A stretch of DNA of 64,000 nt from NCBI GenBank assembly GCA_000004985.1, contig GG738859.1. One strand, written 5' to 3'. Source of the DNA: Naegleria gruberi (Eukaryota). Positions 30,666 through 41,926 of the stretch are shown piece by piece. The notes under the pieces are model-generated. The model was given only the letters and a program-made list of their open reading frames with translations. It ran no database searches and was not told the origin of the DNA. The first letter of the stretch is position 1. Each line of letters opens with the position of its first letter. The position numbers and the translations under genes are program-made.

Positions 30666-33600
30666 ATGAAAGCCAAACCCTCCTTAAAATCGCAAAAATC
30701 TCCCAATTCATCATCATTCCCCTTATTAACATTTACCAACACAATTAACAATAGAAATAAGCTTAATAACTTGTTTATTGAAGAGGAGGAATTACAGGAT
30801 ATCACCCCTTCAATGTTAAAAAACAAACCTCCAATCTCGAATGAATACAATGACTCATCTAAATATGATAATACTAGTACTTGTAGTAGTAGTATTAGTA
30901 GTGTAATAACAACAAATTCAACATTGGCCAAAAAACCAACCTCACCCTCATTCGCTAAGAGATTTCTCAATCAATTCTCCCTCCCGAATTTATTATCCAC
31001 CCCAACAAAAACCAATGAAAAATCAATAAGAACACCTCCTCCCAATTTTCCTCGACATTATGCTCACTTTGATTCACCAGATATTGTCGATTCAATGGAA
31101 GTGAGACCTTCATCTGTTAGAGGTTCAAAAGATAACAGAAACCCTCAGCAAAATACCCCTACCATTGCTGGGGATGAGAAGAACTTCTCCACTATCACAC
31201 ACGAAGAGACACTGAAAAGAAAAATCAACAATTCTTCACCACTCTCATCATCAATAATTGATAGCATTGGTATTGGTCAATTAAATTCTGATCGCTCACT
31301 TCTTCCTCTTGAAAGCCAACGAGCCAAGAGTAATAGTCGGACACACGAAATACCAATAAGCAAAAAACAATCATTACAATCATCATTGTCAAATTTGAAG
31401 GAAGCTCTTTTAAAGGTTGATGATTGTTGTGAAAGGGATTGTAATCATAAAACATCATCAAATCACCAAGAAGAAGAAACAAAACAATATCAACCATTAG
31501 ATTCTTCCTATTGTTGGTGTGATAGGTCAAATCTATTAAATTGTAGTTGTGGTAGCACTGGTAGTCATCATCACAACATCAACAATTCAACTAGTATTGA
31601 CAATAATATTATTAATATTAGTAATACTTTAGGAACAACAAATACTACTGCTTTTATTTTCTCTCCGTCAAGAGAAGCATTATTTCATCAATTTAAACAC
31701 TACAATATTAAATCACTCTTGAATACTCCTTCTTCACTAGCATCAAAATCGGTAGATAATTTAATTAATTTAATGACTGAAAGTGAAGCACATTCAAGTA
31801 GTAGTACCACCACAAATAACAATTCAACAAGTGGCAGTACTGCCACTCAACAGCAGCAACAACAGGATAATCAATCATCATCAGTGCTTTTGGAAAATTT
31901 ATGTAGTAGATATAGACGAATAATAGAAGATGTTTGCATTCTTTCATTGAACACTACACAGATAAACGAAATAATACAAACCAAGTTTGGTGAATGTTTA
32001 AAAGCTACATTAGAATCTCCACCATCAACTCCCTCTTCACCAGCAGAAGAAGAAGAAAAGAATGCTGTGGAAGAAACTGCCAACAACAAACCATCCAATG
32101 TAATTATTCATGTAAAAAGAGAGGCAACACTGATTGACAATTATCCGAAAGAGAAGAAGAAGAAATCGTCTAATCAGTCTTCCGAGCAGCATCAACAACA
32201 TTTTCAGGAGGATTCTTTTCTGGGTGGCTCAGATTTGACACCACTGAGCTTGCAATTTTTCACATTTCCAAATGATATTATTGCACAATTAATTGCATGC
32301 AAAAAGTCAAATGACAGTCCCCTGTTAGAAGATCAAGACAATAATAATGAGAATAGTCAGGAAAATACTTCTTCACCATTAGAATTCGAGTTAAAGTGTA
32401 TCGATGCTAGGAAACATACACTGCTGAAAGACATATTTTCTGGAGAGGAACAACTTGAATCATTGGAAAATAACAATTCCAATGATCAGGAAGAGGATCA
32501 AGAGGAGGACTATGAAAATTTCATTGAACAGTCCAAAATTCACCCTCCAGCTCGATCCTATCACACTTTTATCAATACGGATGCATATGGATTTAAATAT
32601 TATGGATTTTGTTATACTAAATTTTTCACATACCGAGTGTGTAATGTGACAAGAGATGGAAAACCAATCCATAATGATAATGTAGAGTTTTTCATTAGAT
32701 ATCCATCATGTATTTGTATCCTTTCTAGATATGCCTTCCATTCTACCTTTTTAAAATTCTACTCTTTCCTAGATCAATATTTGTTCGAAAATAATGATGG
32801 ATTCTTTTGTAGCGATTGTGGATATTTCACTTTCAATGAGGAATTATTGAAATACATGTACGATTTTTTCAATAATACTGATCCGAATGCTACGCCTGCC
32901 ACTCCCTCTGGTTTGGACATGAATTTGTCACTGCCAGCTCTTTATGATAAGCTAGTTGTACATTTCCCTTCTATGGCTATCACATCTCCTTCTGACTATG
33001 TATTCACATCAAAAACCTCCACAGATCCTTCCAGTAATTGTATTAATGAAGTGAAAGTTGAATTTGACAAGATGCTCTTTGTGGGCACAAAAGAAGAACA
33101 CTTCAAAGAGGCAAGCCCAATCGATAAACATCACCATCAACCTTCCTCCCCTAATAGTAATTCCCCTAGTGATCCTTTTGATGATGCCTCCAAATCAACC
33201 GAAAAAGCTCCCAATTTTCCAATGTGTGACTTTGATTACTCAATTCTGACAACATGTTTGAGTATTGACAATATTATAACAATTGTAAATTACCTTTCCC
33301 TAGAAAAATCCTTAATCTTCCACAGCGTTAATTTATACAGAATGGTAATGGTAATGGAGAGTTTGAGACATTTAATTTATCCTTTCAGAATGACCTCAAT
33401 CTACATTCCAATTGCCCACGAAAAAATCATCAACTTTTTAGAAGCACCTTTCCCCTATATGGTTGGAACACATAGTGAAGTCATGTGGAACCATTTTAGA
33501 ATTGGATTCGAGAAGAAATCATCACCATTCAGAAGAACTCTCTGTTCACAATTTGAGGCACCCTCCTCTTCACATAAAGTGAACGTTCTCAATCTGAATG

Positions 33601-35690
33601 AAACCAAATTTTCAAACAAGGACAATATGGACTATGAAATGATTAATATTCCAGAAGGAGTTTGTATTGTAAACTTGGATGAAGATGTTATCAGATTTGT
33701 TGGAGAAGAGAGTGATGTATTATCATCAAAGAGTCAGTGGAAATGGTCTAGCGCTCTAATGCAGTACATTAAAGACGCAGTTGAAAAGAGTAGATCTAAT
33801 TTTGAAAAGAGCAATAGTGAATATATGAATCAAATCATCAAGAAGAGAGACGCTCAAATTCCCTCCCTCACCAGGAGAGGCAGTAGCTTCTTCTTCAAGG
33901 GCAGAAAGAAGGGTTCCTCAACTTTTATCAAAAATTCACCCTCAGTGAAGAATATTCTCGAGTCGTCTGAGGAAGTTGAAGTGACTGGAAAGGATCCACT
34001 CTCGAGTGGCTTATTTTCTCCATCAGCAAATAGCAATGATCATTATTTGAACCCTTCTCAAACTAGAAAAAGATCTGCAGCAGTTAGACCACTTGCAAAC
34101 CTCACTCAGAAAGAGCCACCACCAACCTCCACCCTTACCACTCCAAGACTTTCAATTTCAAACTCTCAAGCAATCATTTCTAAAAGGAAAAAGTCAGTAA
34201 TGGCTGTTGCTCAGGAAAATCAAGTGAGTCCACTTCTTACAGTTCACCCAATTAGAGAAATATTCTTGAATGTATTTATTAGATTACTTACTTGTTATGA
34301 AATATTTATTCAATTTGACAAGTTTGATCCAAAGAATGATATGAATATGACTGACATTTTTAATATTGACAAGTTTTTGAGTCTTGATAATTATGGAGGT
34401 TTTACTCCAGGATCTTCCCAAGTATCTCAAAATTTTAACCCATTCCAATTGAAGGACAAGACCATCAATAAGAAATTATTGATGGCTCTAACTCATTATG
34501 GAAATTATGGTGGTCATGTAGATTCTGTATTTCTCCGAGAATTCTTTAAAACTCAAATATTCCACTACTTTATCCAAAAGAAATGCGAGCTCTTTTGGAA
34601 TATTAGTAATTCCTTCAAGTCAAACACCCCAGAGGGAAATATGCCAATGAAGAGAACAGACTTTGCACAATCACTTCCTGATCTATTCGTTCAACATGAC
34701 AATATGCTCGAGCAAAACAAGCAATTGTCAGAGCATGTTCTTGCTTCAACAGTGACCAATACTTTCTACAAACTCTTTGATTACAAGATGCAACAATCTA
34801 CTGAAAGATTTTCACTCAATCTCTCCCTGATGCAAACCTCATACAGAAGATCATTCCTCTATAAACGAGGACGTTTCAGAAAGTCATGGAAGAAGAGATT
34901 CTTTGTTTTGAGAGATGACAATACAATGCTTTACTATGAAGGAGCAGAAGAAACTCAACTCAAAGGTTCAATCAAGTTGACTACCGATGGATTGACAAAG
35001 GTTTTCTCTGTCAAGGTCAATGAAAAGCGCATCTTTGAAAAGAATAGTGAATCTGAAGATGATTCATACTTTACATGGACAAAGAGCCAACAACTCGAAC
35101 TTGCTAGTTTATTGAAATTTGCTAGAGCCATGAATCAATCAGAGGATTCTGGAAGTGCTACCAATAATAATGAGGAAGAGGGAGTTCCTTCCACCTCTGA
35201 ACAATTCCCAACACCTTATGTTTTTGTGGTATTTGTGCCGGGTGGTAGATTGCTCTACTGTTGTGCTGAAAGTGAAAAAGCCAGAGAAGAATGGATCAAA
35301 GTTTTGAGAGCCAAGGTTATGCAATCAAATGTTACTTCCTCACTTCAGGATTATCTCAACAGATTGAAATGGCAACAAAGCAAGAAGAATTTCAACAAGA
35401 AGATTATTATCAATAGTGTTGGACATATAATCAACCATCAACCAAGTACTTCATCTATTTCCCATATCCAATCATCTCCCAATTTAGTGAATTCACCAAC
35501 ATCACCAGTCACTGCTATTCATCAACAACCTCTTGTTTTACACAAAATATTTGATTTTGTACCAATTGCTTTTAGAAATTCCAGCGAGCGTTACAAGGAA
35601 AGAAATGCAGACCTTGACATTCAAAGTATCAGTACAAGAATGCCTCTAGAGGAGTTCACACTAAGATCTTGTCTTGAAGTTATAAATTAA
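30666..35690 (+). CDS. DENN-domain protein with C-terminal PH domain (Rab-GEF family)
   Basis: 1674-aa single ORF. There is a long S/N/T-rich N-terminus. A uDENN/cDENN/dDENN region follows (FIRYPSCICILSRYAFHSTFLKFYSF...LYRMVMVMESLRHLIYPFRMTSIYIPIAHEKIINFLEAPFPYMVGTHSE). A PH domain is present (YKRGRFRKSWKKRFFVLRDDNTMLYYEG...WIKVLRAKV). Confidence 0.8.
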   Translation: MKAKPSLKSQKSPNSSSFPLLTFTNTINNRNKLNNLFIEEEELQDITPSMLKNKPPISNEYNDSSKYDNTSTCSSSISSVITTNSTLAKKPTSPSFAKRFLNQFSLPNLLSTPTKTNEKSIRTPPPNFPRHYAHFDSPDIVDSMEVRPSSVRGSKDNRNPQQNTPTIAGDEKNFSTITHEETLKRKINNSSPLSSSIIDSIGIGQLNSDRSLLPLESQRAKSNSRTHEIPISKKQSLQSSLSNLKEALLKVDDCCERDCNHKTSSNHQEEETKQYQPLDSSYCWCDRSNLLNCSCGSTGSHHHNINNSTSIDNNIINISNTLGTTNTTAFIFSPSREALFHQFKHYNIKSLLNTPSSLASKSVDNLINLMTESEAHSSSSTTTNNNSTSGSTATQQQQQQDNQSSSVLLENLCSRYRRIIEDVCILSLNTTQINEIIQTKFGECLKATLESPPSTPSSPAEEEEKNAVEETANNKPSNVIIHVKREATLIDNYPKEKKKKSSNQSSEQHQQHFQEDSFLGGSDLTPLSLQFFTFPNDIIAQLIACKKSNDSPLLEDQDNNNENSQENTSSPLEFELKCIDARKHTLLKDIFSGEEQLESLENNNSNDQEEDQEEDYENFIEQSKIHPPARSYHTFINTDAYGFKYYGFCYTKFFTYRVCNVTRDGKPIHNDNVEFFIRYPSCICILSRYAFHSTFLKFYSFLDQYLFENNDGFFCSDCGYFTFNEELLKYMYDFFNNTDPNATPATPSGLDMNLSLPALYDKLVVHFPSMAITSPSDYVFTSKTSTDPSSNCINEVKVEFDKMLFVGTKEEHFKEASPIDKHHHQPSSPNSNSPSDPFDDASKSTEKAPNFPMCDFDYSILTTCLSIDNIITIVNYLSLEKSLIFHSVNLYRMVMVMESLRHLIYPFRMTSIYIPIAHEKIINFLEAPFPYMVGTHSEVMWNHFRIGFEKKSSPFRRTLCSQFEAPSSSHKVNVLNLNETKFSNKDNMDYEMINIPEGVCIVNLDEDVIRFVGEESDVLSSKSQWKWSSALMQYIKDAVEKSRSNFEKSNSEYMNQIIKKRDAQIPSLTRRGSSFFFKGRKKGSSTFIKNSPSVKNILESSEEVEVTGKDPLSSGLFSPSANSNDHYLNPSQTRKRSAAVRPLANLTQKEPPPTSTLTTPRLSISNSQAIISKRKKSVMAVAQENQVSPLLTVHPIREIFLNVFIRLLTCYEIFIQFDKFDPKNDMNMTDIFNIDKFLSLDNYGGFTPGSSQVSQNFNPFQLKDKTINKKLLMALTHYGNYGGHVDSVFLREFFKTQIFHYFIQKKCELFWNISNSFKSNTPEGNMPMKRTDFAQSLPDLFVQHDNMLEQNKQLSEHVLASTVTNTFYKLFDYKMQQSTERFSLNLSLMQTSYRRSFLYKRGRFRKSWKKRFFVLRDDNTMLYYEGAEETQLKGSIKLTTDGLTKVFSVKVNEKRIFEKNSESEDDSYFTWTKSQQLELASLLKFARAMNQSEDSGSATNNNEEEGVPSTSEQFPTPYVFVVFVPGGRLLYCCAESEKAREEWIKVLRAKVMQSNVTSSLQDYLNRLKWQQSKKNFNKKIIINSVGHIINHQPSTSSISHIQSSPNLVNSPTSPVTAIHQQPLVLHKIFDFVPIAFRNSSERYKERNADLDIQSISTRMPLEEFTLRSCLEVIN

Positions 35691-35731
35691 TTTATTCTCT
35701 ATTTAAAATTTAATTTTGAATGAATTTAAGG

Positions 35732-38229
35732 TTAAAGCTCACAAGTTTGATTATCACAAAATCTTTCTGGTGAAGGTTCTTGTTTGATTCTATGTTCAGA
35801 AAGTGGTGATGTTGTTTTCAGTTTTGATCTCATTTCATTGTAAACTTCCTCCGTAATGCTCTCGTATGGCATTTGAGGATAAGGTGATGTATCTTGATCC
35901 ATCATTGGTAAAAAGCTAACTCCTTTGAGTTGATATTGGAAATAGTCAAGAGCATATTGAATCTGTTTACCTTCTGTTTGAGGATTGAAAGTAATAGTTG
36001 CACTGACCTGATTATCAGACCAATACTTTTGTAAAAAGGAAGCCAAAGATAATTGTTCCCACATTGAGAGCTCCTTTGCTGTTCTTATACCCTCTCCACA
36101 ATCTATTGGGAATTCAATAATGGTGGTATTTGGATCAGAGACTGCTGGTTCAGTTTTAAAACCTGCCTCTCTCAATGTTTCTACGAGTGGAGAATTATTA
36201 GCCAATCTCAATCGTCTAATGTAGAATCTCGAAATTGGATAATGCATTCCAGGTGTTGCTCCAGCAAGTAAACTCACAGTACCACTTGGCTTGATAGAGG
36301 TTGTTTTGATGGATCTTGGAATGGCCAACCAATCACTGAATTTCTTATCAAAATCTTGAATACTTTCATAACCCACCGAAGCCCATTTCTTCAATTCATC
36401 AATTCCTCTCTTGGTAATAAATTGTGCGATACCACTCATTGAACAACCAATTCTTCTATTTCTGAGCATTACTCTATTCACATCAGGCCAATGAGTCTTT
36501 CCCAAAGTTACAGTCTTGGCGAATAGGAAGGCATACTTGAGAGTTCTCTGGAAATCTTCCAATGACTCATGATTAGTTGGGAATGTCTCAACAAGACAAC
36601 ATAATTCATAACTTTCCAAAGTTTGTTCCAAACATGGATTACCTCCAGTAGCTCTGAAATCCTTGTTATCCTCAATTCCATTCATTCTAGAGAATTTTCT
36701 CATATTCTCCAAAAAGGCAATACCTGGTTCTCCATTAATTTCCATTCTCTTGGAAACCTTGGTATAATCCATGCCAATATTAGCAAATATAGAGTTGTTT
36801 GAGGTCCAGCCATATGACATTCTATGTGGATTCTTTTCATAATTTTTCAAATCAATAAATTCCTCATCATTAGCTTCACCAAAAGCAATTTCTGCTGATC
36901 TTCTAATATTTCCAGAAACTACACATTTTCCAATATAATTCATCAAATCCACAATATTTGTCACTGTAATTGGTTGTCCAGAACTCTTATCCAAAATAGA
37001 TTTGATATTTTCATGCAATTCTTTAAGAGATTCAGGTCCACTACTAACACCTCCAAATCCTCTAATAATTGCACCAGCTGGTCTAATCTTGCTGTAATCG
37101 AAAACTTGTGGTGCATTTCCGTTGAAATACGAATCTAACAACACTTTTACACTTTCAACCCATCCTTCTCTTGAATCGGCAATTATATTCATTGTTGGTT
37201 GTTTGGAATTGTCAATTCCCTTAATGACTGATATGTTAAATAAATTGAGTTAACAATATTGTTAAATATCAAAAAATAAACATATGAGCAGATTTCAAAA
37301 AACAACTTACCAAAACTTCCAGCTCCCTTTGTATCAAATCCAACTCCTACACCCAACATACTCATATCCATCAAAAAGACAAATGGCTTCAGAGGATCTT
37401 CTTTCATTGATTCTGTACTGACAAATGCACAATTATTAAGAGCTGCATAGAGACCTCTCTGTTCAGTCAATGGTGTTCCCATTCCCCAGAGACCTCTTCC
37501 AGATGGTAAGAATTTCATATTGAAAATTCTGTCATACATTTCCTGAGCAGATCTTTGAGCTTTTCTAGGATTCCAACCCAATTTATGATGCTCAATCCAA
37601 TTCCTTTGCATATTATAAGTACCATTCACAACTCTCTCCACAGTTTCATACCATTCTTCATTTCTATTCTCTTCCTCAATGACTCTTGAATAGGTTCTTT
37701 TATAAACCACTTCTCCGAGTCCATTAAAACCAAATGGTGGAGGTATATTCTTGTACTTTTCCACGAAAGCCTTACTCAACTTGAATCGATGCATATTTGA
37801 ATCATTGGTTACAGTTGTATCAATGGTCATACTGGTAGTTTCCAAATTACGTAGTTTTTTATATAATGTACTAATGTCAGCAGCCACTGATGATGATGTA
37901 TTACCTCCCATCACATCATTCATTAATTGAATATTTGTATGATAATTAAATCCCGAACAAGTCTTTATATTATTCAACATTAGAAATTCGTCATGATTTG
38001 ATTTCCTCCTCAACACAACTCCACCTTGTTTCCTACCAACACTACCCAACAAATATGTTGTTGAAGAGGTAGTAGTTGAGGAAACAACAGATCGTAAAAC
38101 AGTCTTTTGGCACGGTGATGATTTAAACATTTTTTCAAAAAGTTTGATAATTGGTTTTAAATACAAAGAGATTGAATTTTGATTAGGAAGAGATTTTAAA
38201 AGAAAGAGGTATTCTTTTTTGATTCGCAT
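35732..38229 (-). CDS. class II (adenosylcobalamin-type) ribonucleotide reductase, NrdJ-like, with ~150-aa N-terminal extension
   Basis: Two exons: 37311..38229 and 35732..37227. The intron 37228..37310 is 83 nt (GTAAGT...TATCAG). The RNR class II core has the active-site Cys region GGNPCLEQTLESYELCCLVETF and the C-terminal redox Cys pair (CDNQTCEL). The N-terminal region (MFKSSPCQKTVLRSVV...) may be a targeting or regulatory extension. Confidence 0.8.
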
Positions 38230-38391
38230 AGATCACACAGAGTATTTTGATTGAGCAGAGAGAGGGACTGGAATATTTGTGTGAGATTCTCAATTTTGAT
38301 TGGATTCAACAAGAGTTGAACCTTAATGAATAGTTTGGATAATATTGAGTGAATTGTTCTAATTGATTGAGGCAAAGAAGAAAAGAATAAT

Positions 38392-39708
38392 TTATTGAAT
38401 TTTAGCACCTTTTGCTTGACCTCTTTTCTTTTGATTCGGATTTAATAAACTCTTTGGTGCCTTTCGTTTTGGAGCTGAATTCTTTCGTTCCTGATCACTG
38501 GATGAGCTACCATCATCTGCAGCTGCACCAAGTCCTCCCAAATCGTGAGCTCCACTCGTAGTTGAAGGTTGATAGAGAATTAAACGATCTTGAGCTTGCC
38601 TCAATTTTTGACGTGTCTCTTGGAGCTCATTCCTCAGATCTGAGATGAGTTTGGCATCTTTGAGGGCACGAATTTCACTCAGTGCATTTCCATGACAAAC
38701 CAAATCCAAGAGTAATTGTTGCAATTTTTGTGTGAAATCACTAATGTGTCTGATGGCATATAACTCGAAAAGGAATTTGAGACGAATATTGAGGAGGGCA
38801 CTACTACCAGCTGTATTACTGGAAGAGGAATGTTGTGAATTGTCTTGTTGCTGATCTGAAGAAGAAGATTGTGGAATGGATTTGAGTGGTGAATAAATTA
38901 CAAGTTGGAGAACATCCTTTGATTCCTTATTTTCCTCATCAAATTGAAGAACAATATCACTCTCAGAAGGATCATCCATTCCAACACTCTTCTCACCTCT
39001 CTTATAAATAAACAATCCGTTTCTCAAGTATTGTAAATAATTGGCCCAAGAGATGTGATTCATACTAATCTTTTTACGATGTTGCTGCAAATCGTCAAAT
39101 CCCAAATCAGCTTCATAATATTCATCACCTCCATTAGTACAGGTCAGTAACAATCTCAATGCCTGTTGCTTAATTCTATCATTGAGTCGATCCAGATTCT
39201 TCAATTGTTGAACATCATTGGCCAGTGATTGTGTAAAACTTCCAACAACTGAAGCTGCTCCATTATTAGCTCTCCCTCCGTCAGTAGCCAAAACACAACT
39301 ATTAGAAATATCACCTCCTGCATAGTACTGTTCACTCGGAGCTCCAGCAAAATTATTCAATAATGAAATGGTCGTCTGATTTGGTAATTGATGATCGTGA
39401 GGATGATTGGCCTGTTGTTTTTGTGGATGATTCAATAGAGCACAATGATTTGATGTTGTCACACAGTGTTCCTCACTTGTGATGGCATTCCTAAATGGCC
39501 GAATAACTCTCATACTCACCACGAAGGGAACTCTATCTAGGTAGACAATCTTGTGAGTGGATTCCAATTTGGAGAGTTGTGTAATATAATCAATAAAATC
39601 CAATTTATCAACTTCATGTTCTTCTAAATCTTCCAATTGTTCTTCTCTTGTTGTTGATTGCAAGGAAGCTGATGATGATCCCGATAGAGAAGAGGATGTC
39701 GATTTCAT
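38392..39708 (-). CDS. hypothetical protein (438 aa), Ser/Gln-rich, no recognisable domain
   Basis: Uninterrupted ORF with an N-terminal acidic region, a central conserved-looking block (ISWANYLQYLRNGLFIYKRGEKS) and a C-terminal basic tail. Confidence 0.5.
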   Translation of the reverse strand: MKSTSSSLSGSSSASLQSTTREEQLEDLEEHEVDKLDFIDYITQLSKLESTHKIVYLDRVPFVVSMRVIRPFRNAITSEEHCVTTSNHCALLNHPQKQQANHPHDHQLPNQTTISLLNNFAGAPSEQYYAGGDISNSCVLATDGGRANNGAASVVGSFTQSLANDVQQLKNLDRLNDRIKQQALRLLLTCTNGGDEYYEADLGFDDLQQHRKKISMNHISWANYLQYLRNGLFIYKRGEKSVGMDDPSESDIVLQFDEENKESKDVLQLVIYSPLKSIPQSSSSDQQQDNSQHSSSSNTAGSSALLNIRLKFLFELYAIRHISDFTQKLQQLLLDLVCHGNALSEIRALKDAKLISDLRNELQETRQKLRQAQDRLILYQPSTTSGAHDLGGLGAAADDGSSSSDQERKNSAPKRKAPKSLLNPNQKKRGQAKGAKIQ

Positions 39709-39813
39709 TTTTTTTAATCTTGGAATATTCTAAACGTAAACTATTTCAATCTTTTTCTATTTAATAATAATATTATGATATTTAATATATTTAATATTTA
39801 TAAAGTTTTACAA

Positions 39814-40606
39814 TTATTCTTCATCAACATCTGGCACTTGGAACATTCCTGGAGCATTCTTATCAACCAATCCGAAATACTTTTGAATACAAGTCTTGAA
39901 ACTATTACTACACAAAATGTAAATGAAAAGCATTCCACAATCAGTAAAGTCGGAACCTGGAATGTTTCTGTGAGTGAACATGTGGAAGAGGGAGATTGGT
40001 TCGAATGGTAATTTGGCAACAACTCTTCCATCGAAACTGTTAATTTATTCCGAAATTTAATATGATGATGATTAATTTAAATAATATATATATTCAACAA
40101 GTAGAGTTTTGTTCCAATTATAATTCCGTAACACATCCACAAAGATGACAATGATGACGTAACAAATTAATATATGATATAATTATAAATTAATAATAGT
40201 TAATATAATATGAAAAGTTGTGGATAGTGTTGAGAGAGAAAACATACGTATTATTCAATAAACCAAAAACACCAATCATGATAATACCAACAATAACGGT
40301 ACTCTTCATCTTGAACATGGACAATTCTTGTTGTTTAGCCTTGAGTTGTTCTCTTTCTCTTGTCAACATATCCTTCTTTCTCTTCAAAGACTTTTGATCT
40401 TCCTTTGAATTGTTAATACTTCCTCCTTTATGAATAATAATTGTTTCCTTCTTGGCATTATCAATTCTCTTTTGAATTTGTTCAACACTTTCTTGTAATT
40501 CTTGATATTCACTCTTCCGATAGACGAATACCCACTCGACAAAGGTTGTAAGGACAGATGTGCCCAAAGCAACCAACATTACCAAAACAGCATTTAGCAT
40601 ATTCAT
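39814..40606 (-). CDS. TMCO1: TMCO1 / calcium load-activated calcium (CLAC) channel, ER Ca2+ leak channel
   Basis: Two exons: 40248..40606 and 39814..40036. The intron 40037..40247 is 211 nt (GTATGT...TTAACAG). The product is collinear with human TMCO1: N-terminal TM helix, coiled-coil, then LLNNTFDGRVVAKLPFEPISLFHMFTHRNIPGSDFTDCGMLFIYILCSNSFKTCIQKYFGL. Confidence 0.85.
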
Positions 40607-40769
40607 TTTTTTTAATTTTCTTAATTGTAAATTAAAAAGTATTAAACTTTTAAATTGAATTTTATGTAATATTTAATAAGTTTAAATTTAAGCATTTCTA
40701 GTATTAAATAATTACATAATATTAAATAATATTTATAATAGTTATTTAATTAAAATTTGATTAAAAAAA

Positions 40770-41816
40770 ATGTCATCATATCTTACCTCTTCGGAATTGT
40801 TTACTATTGGGTTTGTTGGAAATGAAAAGAAGAATAAGCAATTTTTTGAACCATTTGTAAATTACTGTAATACAATCAAGAAGGAAATTTGTAATTGTGT
40901 TGAAATTAAAATTGAAAATTCCGATCAGATGAATGAACAGCCTTGTGTTGATGTTTTGTTTTTCAAAGTTACTGATGATATGGTTATTGAAAGTTTGGAT
41001 ACGAGCGCTCATCAACGATTGGAAAATCTTCGTCAATACATTTCCAGAGAGGACATTTCTAACAAGACAGCAATTGTCGAATCATTGGAAGATACAAATA
41101 GATTTTTGGATCGTACAGTCATTCATAACTTTTTGGAGCAACAATTGCAAGATAATGATTATGTAAAGGTTCCAAAGATGTATTTTATCAATTCAAAGGA
41201 TGAGGATTTATCGAGAGTTGACAGTAAGAGTTTTCCTCTTGTTTGTAAAACTGTGGCTGCCTGTGGAAAGTCTGAAACTCATCATATGGCCATTGTTTTC
41301 AATCAGGATCAATTTGAAAAGGTTGTAAGAGGGGAAAATACTGATTGCAAGTTTAATGTTGCTACTCCACTCGTAGCTCAACAATTTATCAATCATGACA
41401 GTACACTCTATAAGGTGTATGTGATTGGTGAGAGAGTTTTTTATCAAATTAAGCCATCACTGAAAAATTTTGATCTGGAAGCTGAGCAGTCTATCATTAG
41501 CTTTGATAGTCAAAAGCCATTTGAATCAGCTGTTAGTGACTCTACAATAACGGAAAGCAAATTGCAAGAAGTTGACTATTCAAAACTCAATCAAGAAGGA
41601 TTTGACAAAATGTTTAAACAAGTTAGTGATCAATTAAGAAAGGCCCTCAATGTTTCTCTTTTTGGATTTGATTTAGTAAGAGATACTAATAGTAAGGCCT
41701 ATCATGTTGTGGACGTTAATTACTTCCCAAGTTATAAGGGTGTTTCTAGAGAAATTCTTTTCGATTATCTAATTGAACATTTATCTCAAAGAGTGCAAGA
41801 AAAGCGTAGAAATTAA
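40770..41816 (+). CDS. ITPK1: inositol-tetrakisphosphate 1-kinase / inositol 1,3,4-trisphosphate 5/6-kinase (ITPK1, ATP-grasp)
   Basis: 348-aa single exon. It has the ITPK1 N-terminal domain and an ATP-grasp C-terminal region. The signature LFGFDLVRDTNSKAYHVVDVNYFPSYKGV is present. Confidence 0.8.
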   Translation: MSSYLTSSELFTIGFVGNEKKNKQFFEPFVNYCNTIKKEICNCVEIKIENSDQMNEQPCVDVLFFKVTDDMVIESLDTSAHQRLENLRQYISREDISNKTAIVESLEDTNRFLDRTVIHNFLEQQLQDNDYVKVPKMYFINSKDEDLSRVDSKSFPLVCKTVAACGKSETHHMAIVFNQDQFEKVVRGENTDCKFNVATPLVAQQFINHDSTLYKVYVIGERVFYQIKPSLKNFDLEAEQSIISFDSQKPFESAVSDSTITESKLQEVDYSKLNQEGFDKMFKQVSDQLRKALNVSLFGFDLVRDTNSKAYHVVDVNYFPSYKGVSREILFDYLIEHLSQRVQEKRRN

Positions 41817-41926
41817 ATATTGTTATTTATTGATTCATAACGAGTAATAGTGCACTAGTCATGATTGATTGGAGGCTGTACAATGTGGAGAAACTTATTC
41901 AATTCCTCTCATCAGGTGGTTGACGC

